NCBI GenBank assembly: GCA_003555075.1
Contig: PWHW01000002.1
Span: 96,210-160,209 of the forward strand
Origin: Candidatus Nealsonbacteria bacterium
GTDB taxonomy: Bacteria > Patescibacteriota > Minisyncoccia > Minisyncoccales > PWPS01
Length of the DNA stretch: 64,000 nt
Reading direction: 5' to 3'
Part shown: piece after piece, positions 52,883 through 62,675 of the stretch
How the letters are laid out: the number at the start of each line of letters is the position of its first letter
How positions within the stretch are numbered: the stretch's first letter is position 1
Notes under the pieces: model-generated
The model's database searches: none
Told to the model about the DNA's origin: nothing
What the model saw: the letters and a program-made list of their open reading frames with translations, nothing else
Position numbers and translations under genes: made by a program

Positions 52883-54214
52883 ATGCGTGGTATAAGTATA
52901 AAAGATGAAAACTCGATACCTCTCGTGATATTGGTCACAGTTGTGATACTTTTAGGCGTTTTATGGGTATTGATACAGCTGGATGTCGATATAGACATGG
53001 GTCAAGTGGTGCCTTTCATGAGAGGAGAGGTGGTTCCCGACTATGCAAAAGAAGGGCTGGCGGATGCCGAAGGAGTAACTCTGGAAGGGATGCGAAGTGT
53101 TGAAAAAGCAAGTAGTAAGTTCGCGTTTGATGTTTACGAGGAACTTGCAAAAGAAGAGGGTAATATAGTTTTTTCTCCTTACGGCGTCTCTACTGTGCTT
53201 TCTATGACCTACGAAGGGTCCAAGGGGGATACAAAAGAGGAAATAGGGGAGGCGATCAACATTCCAAGAGAAGATGATGTTCGCAGACCGGCGATGGGTG
53301 CTGTTTATAACAAAATAAATCGCGAGGATGCCGGCTATGATATTGAGACCCTCAATTCAGTTTGGATCCGGGAAAATTATGAGCCATTTTCCGATTTTAT
53401 TGATGTAATTGAAAGGTTTTACGTAGGGCAAGTCAATAGTGTTGACCTTGAGGATGATCCCGAAAACACGAGGGCAAGCATGAATGAGAAGGTTAAAGAT
53501 ATCACGGGAGATATTATAGAAGAGCTTTTTCCTCGCGGATCGGTAGCCGATAAGACTACGATGATGTTGGCAAATGCGGTTCATTTTGACGGTAACTGGG
53601 AGATCGAATTCAACAAAGAGCATACAGAAAAGGAAGATTTTCATATTACCGAAGAGGAAACTTTGGAGGTTGCAATGATGCAAGGCGAAGGAGAATATGG
53701 ATATTATGAAAATGAGGAAGCTCAAATTCTTGAACTCTCATATGAGGATAAAAACGCTTCAATGCTTGTTATTCTTCCCAAAGAAGGGAATCTTGCATCT
53801 CTTGAGAACGAACTTGATTTTGAAAAGATGAATGAATGGAAAGAAGGAATTGAAGAAGAGAAAGTGAGGGTATATCTTCCTCGGTTTAAAATTGGAATGA
53901 GACACAAAATGAGCGATCATCTTAAGAATCTGGGAGTGCTTCTTGCGTTTGACAGGGAAGAAGCGGATTTTTCAAATATCTTTGAGCAAGAAGAAGAGAA
54001 TCTGTTTCTTGATGAGATTATTCATGGTGCTTTCATCTCTGTTAACGAGAAAGAGGCAGAAATACTCGAAGAAACGGAAGAGGAAGAAACAGAGGAGGAA
54101 AAAGAAGAAGATATGATGGTTTTCAGAGCGGATAATCCTTTTATTTTCACTGTCATTGAAAAGGAGGGTGGAAACATTATTCTCATGGGAAGAGTGCAAA
54201 ATCCTTTAGAGTAG
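52883..54214 (+). CDS. serpin-family protein with a poly-Glu reactive-centre-loop hinge
   Basis: 'NIVFSPYGVSTVLSMTYEGSKG', 'NAVHFDGNWEIEF', C-terminal 'FRADNPFIFTVIE' (compare FxADHPFLF). The hinge 'EKEAEILEETEEEETEEEKEED' replaces the usual GTEAAAAT. Confidence 0.8.
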   Translation: MRGISIKDENSIPLVILVTVVILLGVLWVLIQLDVDIDMGQVVPFMRGEVVPDYAKEGLADAEGVTLEGMRSVEKASSKFAFDVYEELAKEEGNIVFSPYGVSTVLSMTYEGSKGDTKEEIGEAINIPREDDVRRPAMGAVYNKINREDAGYDIETLNSVWIRENYEPFSDFIDVIERFYVGQVNSVDLEDDPENTRASMNEKVKDITGDIIEELFPRGSVADKTTMMLANAVHFDGNWEIEFNKEHTEKEDFHITEEETLEVAMMQGEGEYGYYENEEAQILELSYEDKNASMLVILPKEGNLASLENELDFEKMNEWKEGIEEEKVRVYLPRFKIGMRHKMSDHLKNLGVLLAFDREEADFSNIFEQEEENLFLDEIIHGAFISVNEKEAEILEETEEEETEEEKEEDMMVFRADNPFIFTVIEKEGGNIILMGRVQNPLE

Positions 54215-54236
54215 GGTAAAAAAATTAAAACAAATC

Positions 54237-54267
54237 AAAAACCGCTCTTTTTATAAAGAGCGGTTTT
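54237..54267. terminator. bidirectional terminator
   Basis: AAAACCGCTCTTT-TTATA-AAGAGCGGTTTT. Confidence 0.7.
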
Positions 54268-54283
54268 AATTTAGAGAGTCTTT

Positions 54284-54712
54284 TTAGCTATACCTTGCTT
54301 TTTTTGCTTTCTCCTCTCTGTTTTGTAGTTCAACGAGACGTTCTCTCTGATCCGAAGTGAGCTCTCCATCCATTTGTGCTATTCTCAGGCTATTCAATTC
54401 TTTTTGCTCCTCCGCGGGCAAAAGAGCATTTTTTTCGTCAAACCCTTTTCCCTTCTCTTCGAGCCCTTCTTTTTCTCTTGAGAGATTCTTATACCTCTCT
54501 TCCTCTTCTTCATTTAAGACATCCTCTCCTTCTTTTACTCTTTCTTCTTTTGCCTGAAGCTCAAGAAGGCGCTCTCTTTGCTCCGAAGAAAGCTCTCCTT
54601 CCACTTGTGCAATTCTCAGGCTATTCAATTCTTTTTGCTCCTCCGCGGGCAAAAGAGCATTTTTTTCGTCGAATTCCTCGTTTCTATTGGGAGTTTCAAA
54701 GCTTTCTCTCAT
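54284..54712 (-). CDS. hypothetical coiled-coil protein with a 2x tandem ~37-aa repeat
   Basis: 'FDEKNALLPAEEQKELNSLRIAQ[VM][ED]GEL[ST]S[ED]QRERL[LV]ELQ' occurs twice (DNA repeats ~54340-54440 and ~54560-54690). No clear SD sequence. Confidence 0.45.
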   Translation of the reverse strand: MRESFETPNRNEEFDEKNALLPAEEQKELNSLRIAQVEGELSSEQRERLLELQAKEERVKEGEDVLNEEEEERYKNLSREKEGLEEKGKGFDEKNALLPAEEQKELNSLRIAQMDGELTSDQRERLVELQNREEKAKKARYS

Positions 54713-54898
54713 AATTTATTTGTTAATTTATAATCAACTTATTTTATTTTACAAGATGGATTATCTAAGTCAATATTGATCCATTTTCAAAAGGTCATTG
54801 AAAAGAGCAAAGAATTACTTCCTTTCTCCCTTTCCGGCTTGACTTTTTCCCGTAAAAGCTAATCATTAAAGTAGTTATTAATAACTTTTATAAAAAAT

Positions 54899-55132
54899 AT
54901 GGATATCGGCATATTGGAAGGAGTAAATGCAAATTGGGGGCTTTTTATTATACTGGCCGGCTTATGGACCCTTCCTTGGAAAGGGTATGCTCTTTGGAAG
55001 TCGGCGAGAAGGGGAGATAAATGGTGGTTCATTGCTCTTCTTGTAATTAATACGTTGGCTATTCTGGAGATACTCTATATTTTCGTTTTCAGTGAAAAGA
55101 GAGAAAAGGGTGTCAATAAAAAAGAGGAATAA
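54899..55132 (+). CDS. hypothetical small 2-TM membrane protein (77 aa)
   Basis: ORF with two hydrophobic helices. Confidence 0.4.
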   Translation: MDIGILEGVNANWGLFIILAGLWTLPWKGYALWKSARRGDKWWFIALLVINTLAILEILYIFVFSEKREKGVNKKEE

Positions 55133-55165
55133 AGCTAATTTTTAAAAAAGCTTAAAGCCTTTTTA

Positions 55166-55195
55166 TTGACAGCTAATTCTAATTTGTGATATAGT
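55166..55195 (+). promoter_or_regulatory. sigma70-like promoter followed by a ~160-nt structured leader
   Basis: TTGACA-N18-TATAGT. The leader begins AAAACTGTACC and contains the hairpin GGACGG-TTTCGGG-CCGTCC. Confidence 0.5.
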
Positions 55196-55356
55196 ATAAA
55201 AACTGTACCTTAAAAACGGACGGTTTCGGGCCGTCCCTTTGGGGAAGTTTCAAGGTTTTCTCAAAGGGATCGAACGAATTTTAAGTTCGGTTGCTCTTTT
55301 TAAAATTGATTTCCGTGCTGTATCAAAAATTTTAACTTCTAAAAGGAGGTTTTTTC

Positions 55357-56562
55357 ATGATGGGTTTTGCAGAAGTTGTGAAAATGGAAAGCGGGAACGT
55401 TATTGATTTGATGAAAGATGTTTTTCCTAAGAACCACGGTTTCTATCACTACATCAGAGAAAAAGGAAGTTATGTATATTTAGAAGATGTTCTCGAGGAA
55501 GCACTTGATTCATTGGACGAAGAGCATGCAATGGTTTTAAAGGAATGTTATTTCAACAGGAGTACGTATAAAAGTATTGCGAGAAAAATGGGAGTGAGAG
55601 GAGAGACGGTAAAAGCAAAGAAAAAGAAAGGATTGAGAGATTTAAGGCTTTATTGGGCAAAAGAACTTAGTAAGTTCAAAGTTCCTGCCCCTGAAGAGCT
55701 TGAAGAGAAAGAAAGGAAAATAAGAGAAAGAGAGGAGATAAAAGAAGAGCTTCATAGATTTGTAGAAGTTTTGAGCGATATTGAAAAAGAAGAGGATGAG
55801 AATGGCGAAACGATCATCGCAAAGGCAATGAAAAAAATGTTTCCGAGTGTGGAAACGGATCGAAAAGCGCTCAAGGAGTTGGCAGCTAGATATCCCGAAG
55901 AAAAAAAGCTGTGGAAGAAAATTAGCTTTGCAGGACTTGATCGTCTCTCGGAATTGAAAAAAAGGGTGGAAAATAATGAGATAATGAACATAAAGGGCAT
56001 AGGAGAGAAGGGTTATAGGAAGCTAAAGCAAATACTTGAAGAAACAAAAGAAGAGGTTCAAGATGTAAGCGTGGAGTCTGTTCCTCTTGATAACGGGATT
56101 ATGGATCTTTGGGAGGCAATAGAGCAAGAGATGGAGAAGAAGATAAGAGAAACGGAAGCAAGGATGAGGAAAAAGAAAAAGGACTCGGAAGCTCTTGAAA
56201 AAGTATTGTCACGATACAAGGACAATAGAATCAGTAATATACTTAAAAGAAAAGGAGTGAAAGGGCTTTCTCATCTTAAAGAGATGATAGAAAGTGGAAG
56301 AATAAAGGAGTTAAGAGGGATTGGAAGCACCAGCGAATCTTTTCTTAGAATGGTACTGAAAAAAGAGAGGGAGACGGTGGAAGAGCTGGAAGATGAGATG
56401 AAGGTGATAGAAGAAGAAAAGGTGACAAGAAGAATGGAAGAGATCGAAGTTGAAACAGATCAGTTGCCTGCAAAATTTTTAGAAGAAGAGCATGAAAAAT
56501 TAAAAGCTCTTTTACGCCTCAGAGGTAGACTTTTCATAAGGAGGAAAATGTTCTTTGAGTGA
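55357..56562 (+). CDS. hypothetical DNA-binding protein: sigma-70 region-4-like HTH plus helix-hairpin-helix repeats
   Basis: 'LDEEHAMVLKECYFNRSTYKSIARKMGVRGETVKAKKKKGLRDLR' (sigma r4 / LuxR-like). HhH motifs 'IMNIKGIGEKGYRKL' and 'IKELRGIGSTSESFL'. The remainder is K/E-rich. Confidence 0.5.
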   Translation: MMGFAEVVKMESGNVIDLMKDVFPKNHGFYHYIREKGSYVYLEDVLEEALDSLDEEHAMVLKECYFNRSTYKSIARKMGVRGETVKAKKKKGLRDLRLYWAKELSKFKVPAPEELEEKERKIREREEIKEELHRFVEVLSDIEKEEDENGETIIAKAMKKMFPSVETDRKALKELAARYPEEKKLWKKISFAGLDRLSELKKRVENNEIMNIKGIGEKGYRKLKQILEETKEEVQDVSVESVPLDNGIMDLWEAIEQEMEKKIRETEARMRKKKKDSEALEKVLSRYKDNRISNILKRKGVKGLSHLKEMIESGRIKELRGIGSTSESFLRMVLKKERETVEELEDEMKVIEEEKVTRRMEEIEVETDQLPAKFLEEEHEKLKALLRLRGRLFIRRKMFFE

Positions 56563-56669
56563 GATTTATATAATAAGCGGCGGAAATCAATAATGGGCCT
56601 CAAATTGAGAGGCCTTTTTGTTTGTTTTGTATAAGATCTTGATTAAAATATTAAAAAGGAGGGAGTTCT

Positions 56670-57530
56670 TTGAAAAACGCAAGTGTTGTTATTCCGGATT
56701 TTGGGAAGTTGAAAGACAAAATGGAAAGTATAAGAAAAGAGGGGAGTGATAATTTACATTTTATCTCTGATTTTGATCGTACTTTGACATATGGGAGTAC
56801 GCCGGAAGGGGAGAAGATCCCTTCACTTATCTCTATGTTGCGTATCAAGAATTGCCTGGATAAGGAATATTCAGAGGAGGCTAAGCGACTTTATGCCTTT
56901 TATCATTCTTGTGAGGTAAGCCCCGAGCTTTCAGAAGAAGAAAAGAAGGTGATAATGAAAGAGTGGTGGAACGCTCATCTGCAACTTTTTATGGAGAAGG
57001 GGCTTAAAAAGGATCACTTGGAAGAGATAGTCAAAGATGAAAAGGTGAGATTTCGAGAAGGAGCTGATCGATTCTTTGAAAATATCAGCCAAAAGAAAGT
57101 GCCGATCATTATTTTTTCTGCCAGTGGATGCGGGGAAGTGGTGGAGTTGTTCTTCAAAAGAAGGGGAATGCATTACTCTAACACTCATTTTTTAATAAAT
57201 CGCTTTCATTGGAACGAACAGGGCAGAGTTGCGGGAGTCAGGCATCCCATAATTCATTCTTTCAATAAGAATGAGGTGTCGGTGAAAAGATTCAAGGGAG
57301 TGTATGAAGCGGTAAGAGAAAGAAAGAACGTGGTTCTTTTTGGTGACAGCTTGTCGGATGCCGGAATGGCGGAAGGTTTCGATTATCGCAATTTGCTAAA
57401 GGTGGGATTTTTGAATCTTGAGTATAATAAAGCGGAAAAAGAGCGGTACGAGGAAATTTACGATGTAATAATGGTAGGTGATGTGGATTTCAATACCTTG
57501 AATGAGAACATTTTGCGTTTTATTTTATAA
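56670..57530 (+). CDS. HAD-superfamily pyrimidine 5'-nucleotidase (UMPH-1/cN-III-like)
   Basis: TTG start after AAAAAGGAGGG. HAD motif I 'FISDFDRTLT', 'IIFSASGCGE', motif IV 'LFGDSLSD'. Confidence 0.6.
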   Translation: MKNASVVIPDFGKLKDKMESIRKEGSDNLHFISDFDRTLTYGSTPEGEKIPSLISMLRIKNCLDKEYSEEAKRLYAFYHSCEVSPELSEEEKKVIMKEWWNAHLQLFMEKGLKKDHLEEIVKDEKVRFREGADRFFENISQKKVPIIIFSASGCGEVVELFFKRRGMHYSNTHFLINRFHWNEQGRVAGVRHPIIHSFNKNEVSVKRFKGVYEAVRERKNVVLFGDSLSDAGMAEGFDYRNLLKVGFLNLEYNKAEKERYEEIYDVIMVGDVDFNTLNENILRFIL

Positions 57531-57631
57531 GAAGGGTATAAGAACCCTTCTTTTTTTAGCAAATTTTCTGGAATTGATTTTCTTTTTTTGCTATTATGTC
57601 TTAATAATTTTAATCGATATCTCATAAGCTT

Positions 57632-58588
57632 ATGAAAGAATTCAAAATAGCATTATCAATATTTCTCTTGTTCATTTTTGTGGTCCTAAGTAGTGTTTTT
57701 CTTTTCATGAGAGGGGCGGATAAGACTTTTTTGGAAGAGTCTTTTTATAGGATAATTTTTGAAAGAATTGAGGTTTCTCCCATTGTAAAGGAGGAAATAT
57801 CCCGTAGCTTATTAGAAGACTATGAGGAATTAATAGAAGAGGTTAAAGTGGAAAATGAAGAGGAAGAAGAGAATGGCAATGAAGAAGAAGGTGAAGAAGA
57901 GGAGGAAGAACTCAAGGAGGACCACTTGGAAAAGGATGATATTGAAGAGGCTATCCAAACCGCTCTTGATAGAACCTTGGAAGAGGAGTGGGTAAAAGAG
58001 AATTTCTTCTTGGCCCTTAGTGATATCCTAGCTTTTGTAAAAGGGGAGGAAGAGGAACTTACAGTGGTAATTGCATTGGAGGATAAGAAAAGGATCTTTC
58101 AATATAATTTTGAGAGAGAGCTTGAAAGAAGACTTCCGGAGAATGTAGAGATCAAAGATGATATGGCTGAAGAGATTCCCGACGAGATAGTTTTATCCAA
58201 TATAATGGAAGAGGCGGAGGGAGCGGAAGAAATGGAGAATGCTTTATTGTTTTTCCGCACTCTTTATGGTTATTATGAGGCATATTCCTATCATGCTTTG
58301 ATCGGCATTTCTGCTTTACTAATACTTTTGCTCGGGGTAACGGGGGGATTGAAATGGATAGGATCGGGAATGCTTGTTTCCGGGGCATTGGTTTTCTTTA
58401 GTATGCTTCTTGGTAAGAACACCCTTTTCAACATGATCTCGGGTAAAGCGTTTGTTGATAAGGATGCTTTAACATTTGTTTTTGATTTCTTTTTTGAAGA
58501 ATTAAGCACCACTTCTTTATACTACGGTTTGATCGGTGCGGGGATATTGATAGCGACATTTGTGATCATTAGAATTAGAAAGCCGTAA
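57632..58588 (+). CDS. hypothetical membrane protein with a Glu-rich periplasmic/cytoplasmic segment
   Basis: N-terminal TM, 'EEEEENGNEEEGEEEEEELKED', three C-terminal TM helices. Confidence 0.45.
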   Translation: MKEFKIALSIFLLFIFVVLSSVFLFMRGADKTFLEESFYRIIFERIEVSPIVKEEISRSLLEDYEELIEEVKVENEEEEENGNEEEGEEEEEELKEDHLEKDDIEEAIQTALDRTLEEEWVKENFFLALSDILAFVKGEEEELTVVIALEDKKRIFQYNFERELERRLPENVEIKDDMAEEIPDEIVLSNIMEEAEGAEEMENALLFFRTLYGYYEAYSYHALIGISALLILLLGVTGGLKWIGSGMLVSGALVFFSMLLGKNTLFNMISGKAFVDKDALTFVFDFFFEELSTTSLYYGLIGAGILIATFVIIRIRKP

Positions 58589-58613
58589 TTTAATTGAAAA
58601 CTTTCGCTTTATT

Positions 58614-58645
58614 GAGCCGTCCTTTCGTGGACGGCTTTTATTTGT
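58614..58645 (+). terminator. rho-independent terminator
   Basis: GAGCCGTCC-TTTCGT-GGACGGCT followed by TTTATTT. Confidence 0.7.
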
Positions 58646-58667
58646 CTTGCCAAAAAGGGAATTATCG

Positions 58668-58695
58668 TTGACAATCGGGAGATAAGTGGTATAAT
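58668..58695 (+). promoter_or_regulatory. consensus sigma70 promoter plus a structured leader
   Basis: TTGACA-N16/17-TATAAT. The leader starts GCACTGTACCC and contains the hairpin CCGGCT...AGCCGG. Confidence 0.55.
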
Positions 58696-58777
58696 AATAA
58701 GCACTGTACCCTTGATAACAATCCGGCTTTCTCTTTGAGTGTAGCCGGTTAAAACCTTAAAAAAGGAGGAGATTGTT

Positions 58778-59563
58778 TTGATTAACAGAGTTTTTGAAAG
58801 ATTGGGACTGGATAAGAGAAAAGGGGAAGTACAATTTTTAAGCAACGCTTTTGAAAAAGTTTGTATCGAGGGATTTGAGGACAAGTTACAGAGATTTGAA
58901 AGTGAAAAAGAAGAAAGAGTGAGAGAAAATTGGGAAGAGAAGAAAAGAAATAATCCTCATATTTTTCCGGGTCCCCTGGGGAGCGTGGCTGCATTTAAGG
59001 TTGTGGATGAGACCTTGAAGTTGTGGCTTCGACGTACCAGATTCGATCTGTACGACGGGTTGCGAAATGAGGCCCCTTCTTATCTTGACTCTACCAAGAA
59101 ACCGCTTGATAGGGATTTTCCCCTTCCTCTTTCGGTAGGAGCAGTAACTGTTACCGATGACAATAAGATAATTTTCGGAATAAGAAGCAAAGCTACTGCT
59201 TTTGGAAAAGATGGAGCGGTAATGCTTCCTTCAGGGTATTTCAATCCCGATAGAGATGCTTCCGTTCAGGAATTAATAAGAAAGGAGCTCGAGGAGGAAG
59301 TAGGAATAAGGGATTTTGAAATAGAAAGATGGGGAGGTCTTGTGTATGACGGAAAAGTGGCAAAACAACCCCTTCTTTCTTTAAGGATAAAAGTTCCTCA
59401 TAGCAGTGAGGAGATAGAAGATATAAAAGGGGAGATAGACAAAGAAGTAAAGAATGTTCACTACGTTGATAACAAGATCGATGCTGTCAAAGAATTTATT
59501 GATGAGTACCCCCCGTTGCCACATAGTATGGCGAACCTAGTATTGCACTTTTATCTTCCTTAA
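58778..59563 (+). CDS. hypothetical protein with a C-terminal NUDIX-like domain
   Basis: TTG start after AAAAAGGAGGAG. 'LPSGYFNPDRDASVQELIRKELEEEVGI' approximates the Nudix box. Confidence 0.4.
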   Translation: MINRVFERLGLDKRKGEVQFLSNAFEKVCIEGFEDKLQRFESEKEERVRENWEEKKRNNPHIFPGPLGSVAAFKVVDETLKLWLRRTRFDLYDGLRNEAPSYLDSTKKPLDRDFPLPLSVGAVTVTDDNKIIFGIRSKATAFGKDGAVMLPSGYFNPDRDASVQELIRKELEEEVGIRDFEIERWGGLVYDGKVAKQPLLSLRIKVPHSSEEIEDIKGEIDKEVKNVHYVDNKIDAVKEFIDEYPPLPHSMANLVLHFYLP

Positions 59564-59643
59564 GTTCTTTAAAAGCCAAAGACCTCTCCAAAAAGAGGTC
59601 TTTTTTCTTAAATTGAAGTGTAAAAAATGCTATATTAAACACA

Positions 59644-60771
59644 ATGGAACCTCTGGCTTCAAAAATAAGACCAAAGAGCTTGGATGATTTTAAAGGGCAA
59701 GAGCATTTGGTGGGAGAAGGGAAACCTCTCAATGTTGCCGTGAAAAAGAAACATCTTTTCTCTTTTATTCTTTGGGGTCCTCCTGGAACGGGTAAGACCA
59801 CCTTGGGAAGGATATATGCAAAAGCTCTCAATGCTAAACTGTATGAGCTTTCCGCTGTTTCGGCGGGAAAAGAGGATATAAAAAAGATAGTTGAGGATGA
59901 TACAAAAGGATCTCCCAAGGTTCTTTTTCTTGATGAGATACATCGTTTCAATAAATCCCAACAAGACTTTTTGCTCCCCTATGTTGAAGAGGGAGAGATA
60001 ACCCTCATAGGGGCCACTACCGAGAATCCCAGCTTTGAGGTCATTTCACCGCTTCTTTCCCGCTGCAAGATCTTTACTTTGAATGAACTATCGGAAGAAG
60101 AAATTTTTTCCATTATAGAGAGAGCGGGATTTGAAATGGAAAAAGAAGCAAAGGACTGGCTTGTTTCCGTGGCGGGAGGTGATGCCAGAAGAGCTGTGAA
60201 TGTTCTCGATGACACTTACAATCTTTACGGCAAGATCACCTTGGAAAACTTAAAAGAAACTCTTCAATCGCAATTCTTAAGATATGACAAGAAGGGGGAG
60301 GAGCACTACAATGTCATTTCAGCTTTTATAAAAAGCATGAGGGCGAGTCAGCCGGATGCTGCATTGTATTATCTTGCGCGCATGATCGAAGCGGGAGAGG
60401 ATCCCAAATTCATTGCAAGAAGAATGGTCATTTTTGCCTCGGAGGATATAGGGCTTGCACAGCCCACGGCATTGGTAGTGGCAAATGATGTTTTTCGGGC
60501 GGTGGAGACCATTGGTCTTCCCGAGTGCGGAATAAATCTTGCTCACGGCACAGCCTATCTTTCAAATTGTAAAAAGGACAGAAGCGCCTATAATGCTTAT
60601 CTTTCCGCAATTAAAGATGTGAAGAGGTATGGCAATCTTCCCGTTCCTCTCATGTTGAGGAATCCCGAGACAAAGCTAATGAAGGAAATGGGTTACGGAG
60701 AGGGTTATGAGAAATATTCCAAAGAAAGCTTTTTACCGGAAAAATTAAAAAGAAAAAGATACCTGGAATAA
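59644..60771 (+). CDS. rarA: replication-associated recombination protein A (AAA+ ATPase)
   Basis: 'KIRPKSLDDFKGQEHLVGEGKPL', 'LWGPPGTGKTTL', 'LFLDEIHRFNKSQQD', and a C-terminal MgsA domain. Confidence 0.9.
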   Translation: MEPLASKIRPKSLDDFKGQEHLVGEGKPLNVAVKKKHLFSFILWGPPGTGKTTLGRIYAKALNAKLYELSAVSAGKEDIKKIVEDDTKGSPKVLFLDEIHRFNKSQQDFLLPYVEEGEITLIGATTENPSFEVISPLLSRCKIFTLNELSEEEIFSIIERAGFEMEKEAKDWLVSVAGGDARRAVNVLDDTYNLYGKITLENLKETLQSQFLRYDKKGEEHYNVISAFIKSMRASQPDAALYYLARMIEAGEDPKFIARRMVIFASEDIGLAQPTALVVANDVFRAVETIGLPECGINLAHGTAYLSNCKKDRSAYNAYLSAIKDVKRYGNLPVPLMLRNPETKLMKEMGYGEGYEKYSKESFLPEKLKRKRYLE

Positions 60772-60879
60772 GTGACATTGTTTCTTTTATTGACGAATAA
60801 ATTGCAAAATGTTATTTAAAGAAAACTCTTTATAATGTTCAAGAGTTTGTAGCATAAAATAAAAAAGGAGGTGAGTTCT

Positions 60880-61167
60880 TTGGACAAAATGAAGGTGATC
60901 ATTAAAAACCCAATGAGGGTTTACGACGATCTGCAATTGGCTACGGAAATGGGGCTTCCGAAGGCTGTAGAATATAAATTAAGCAGTGTGGCGGGACATC
61001 CCTTTCTATGCTCTGGCGATAAAGCAAAAGTGCTATCACAGGCAAAGCATAAAGTATTAGGAAAGACAAGAGACGTTTTCTTGATAGAAGTAGAAAGGGA
61101 GGAGAATAAAAAGTTTTGGGCTTTAATTGACCAAGAAGGGATCGAGTTTATTGAGGAGGATGTATAG
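60880..61167 (+). CDS. hypothetical small protein
   Basis: ORF following AGGAGGTGA. Start ambiguity: GTG 60871, TTG 60880 or ATG 60889. Confidence 0.4.
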   Translation: MDKMKVIIKNPMRVYDDLQLATEMGLPKAVEYKLSSVAGHPFLCSGDKAKVLSQAKHKVLGKTRDVFLIEVEREENKKFWALIDQEGIEFIEEDV

Positions 61168-61170
61168 AGA

Positions 61171-61434
61171 ATGAAAAGAATTTATATAGCTGGTAAAAAG
61201 ACGACAGCAATGACAGCGTTGTATTTGACAGACAATGGTGTAGACATTATAAGTAATGCACGAAACAGAGGTGTTGAGGTTTTCAATATTAAAGTTGCTG
61301 ACGAGATATGGGTTTTACCGGAATGGGAAAGCTCAGAAGAACCCCTCGTAGAGATAGCAAAAGCTAGGCAACTGAGAAAACCCATAAAATTTATAAAAAG
61401 CATCGACCCTTTAAGGTTATCATTTTGTCATTAA
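61171..61434 (+). CDS. hypothetical small protein (possibly DUF4406/nucleoside-deoxyribosyltransferase-like)
   Basis: 'MKRIYIAGKKTTAMTALYL' N-terminus; 87 aa. Confidence 0.35.
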   Translation: MKRIYIAGKKTTAMTALYLTDNGVDIISNARNRGVEVFNIKVADEIWVLPEWESSEEPLVEIAKARQLRKPIKFIKSIDPLRLSFCH

Positions 61435-61592
61435 GGTGGACTGATAGATCTTTCATATCTTCAAGATCTTGAGTGTCAACATTCCGGAGTTACGAAAGGA
61501 GGGATTCAATATGCGTACGGAATTTGCAAGACCTAAGTTCTTTCTACCCAGAGTAGCAAATTGCTGCGGAGGTTCCTGACCTCTTTGCAGCA

Positions 61593-61670
61593 AAAAGCGG
61601 AGCACAAGCTCCGCTTTTATTTTTTATCACTCCGCCCGGGCGTTTTACTGTGCTTGGCACAGCACATGTC
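61593..61670. repeat. terminator hairpin plus short palindromic repeat element (copy A)
   Basis: AAAAGCGGAGC-ACAA-GCTCCGCTTTTATTTT then TGTGCTtggcacAGCACA. 23 nt (AGCACAAGCTCCGCTTTTATTTT) recur at 62697. Confidence 0.6.
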
Positions 61671-61740
61671 CGTGTATAATGAAGATTGTATTTTGAAAAT
61701 TTTGTATTATAATAAAAAACATGATTATAAAGGAGGGGTT

Positions 61741-62527
61741 ATTTTTGGAAAATATTATTATTCCCGATAAGAAGAAGTTGGAGCACAAAGCGGAAAAAAT
61801 CAAAAAGGAGGGAGCGGATAAGCTCCATTTTTTGTCTGATTTTGACAGGACCCTTACGTACGGTACGATAGGGCGGGAAAAAGTTCCTTCGCTTATCTCC
61901 ATTTTACGGGAAAAGAATTATCTTGACGAAGATTATTCAAAAAGAGCCAAAGAGCTTTTCGCTCGTTACCATCCTTACGAAATTGATACCAACCTTTCAA
62001 GAGAAGAAAAAGTCCGAAAAATGGATGATTGGTGGAGGACTCACAAGAAATTGCTCATTGAGAAAGGAATAAGGAGAGACCACCTCGAGAAATTGGTAAA
62101 GGACGAATCCATAAGGTTTCGCGACAGCGTTCAATTCTTTCTTGAAAGGATAAGCGAAAAAAACATTCCATTTATTGTTTTTTCCGCAAGTGGTTGCGGG
62201 GAAGCCGTGGAGATGTTTTTCGAGGAAATGGGAGTAAAGTATCCCAATATCTATTTTCTCGTCAATCGCTTTAAGTGGGACAACGAGGGAAAGGCGATAG
62301 GTTTTAAAGAACCCTTTATTCATCCCTTTAGCAAGAACGAAAGAACTGTCAAAGAAATGCCCTCTCTCTATGAAAAAGTGAAAGAAAGAAAGAATGTAGT
62401 TCTTTTCGGCGATAGCTTGTCGGATGTGGAAATGATAGAGGGATTTGATCATGACACTCTTCTGAAGGTGGGCTTCCTAAACACGGACTATAACGGAAAA
62501 GATAGGGAAAAGTACGAAGAGGTATAA
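61741..62527 (+). CDS. HAD-superfamily pyrimidine 5'-nucleotidase-like, paralog of 56670..57530
   Basis: TTG start 7 nt after AAGGAGGGG. 'FLSDFDRTLT', 'IVFSASGCGE', 'LFGDSLSD'; ~55% identical to the first copy. Confidence 0.6.
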
Positions 62528-62608
62528 GACATAGTACTCACAGGTGACACGGACATTAGTGCACTCTATGAAAACCTTTTGGAGGAAATAATATAAAAAT
62601 ATTTTTCA

Positions 62609-62636
62609 AACAACTTGGCGGCTTCTCAAAGCCGCT
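62609..62636 (+). terminator. rho-independent terminator
   Basis: GGCGGCTT-CTC-AAAGCCGC followed by TTTTTTT. Confidence 0.6.
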
Positions 62637-62675
62637 TTTTTTATAACAAAACAAAAAATGTTATGTGTGTGCATG

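Noticed and set aside
54340-54690. Direct repeats of ~100 nt that could hint at a CRISPR-like or repeat array.
   Set aside because: There are only two copies, they lie in a coding frame, and there is no short spacer periodicity. No CRISPR array exists anywhere in the window.
54376-54714. Plus-strand ORF over the coiled-coil repeat gene.
   Set aside because: Its translation is nonsense-like, whereas the minus frame gives an E/K/L coiled-coil with frame-preserved repeats.
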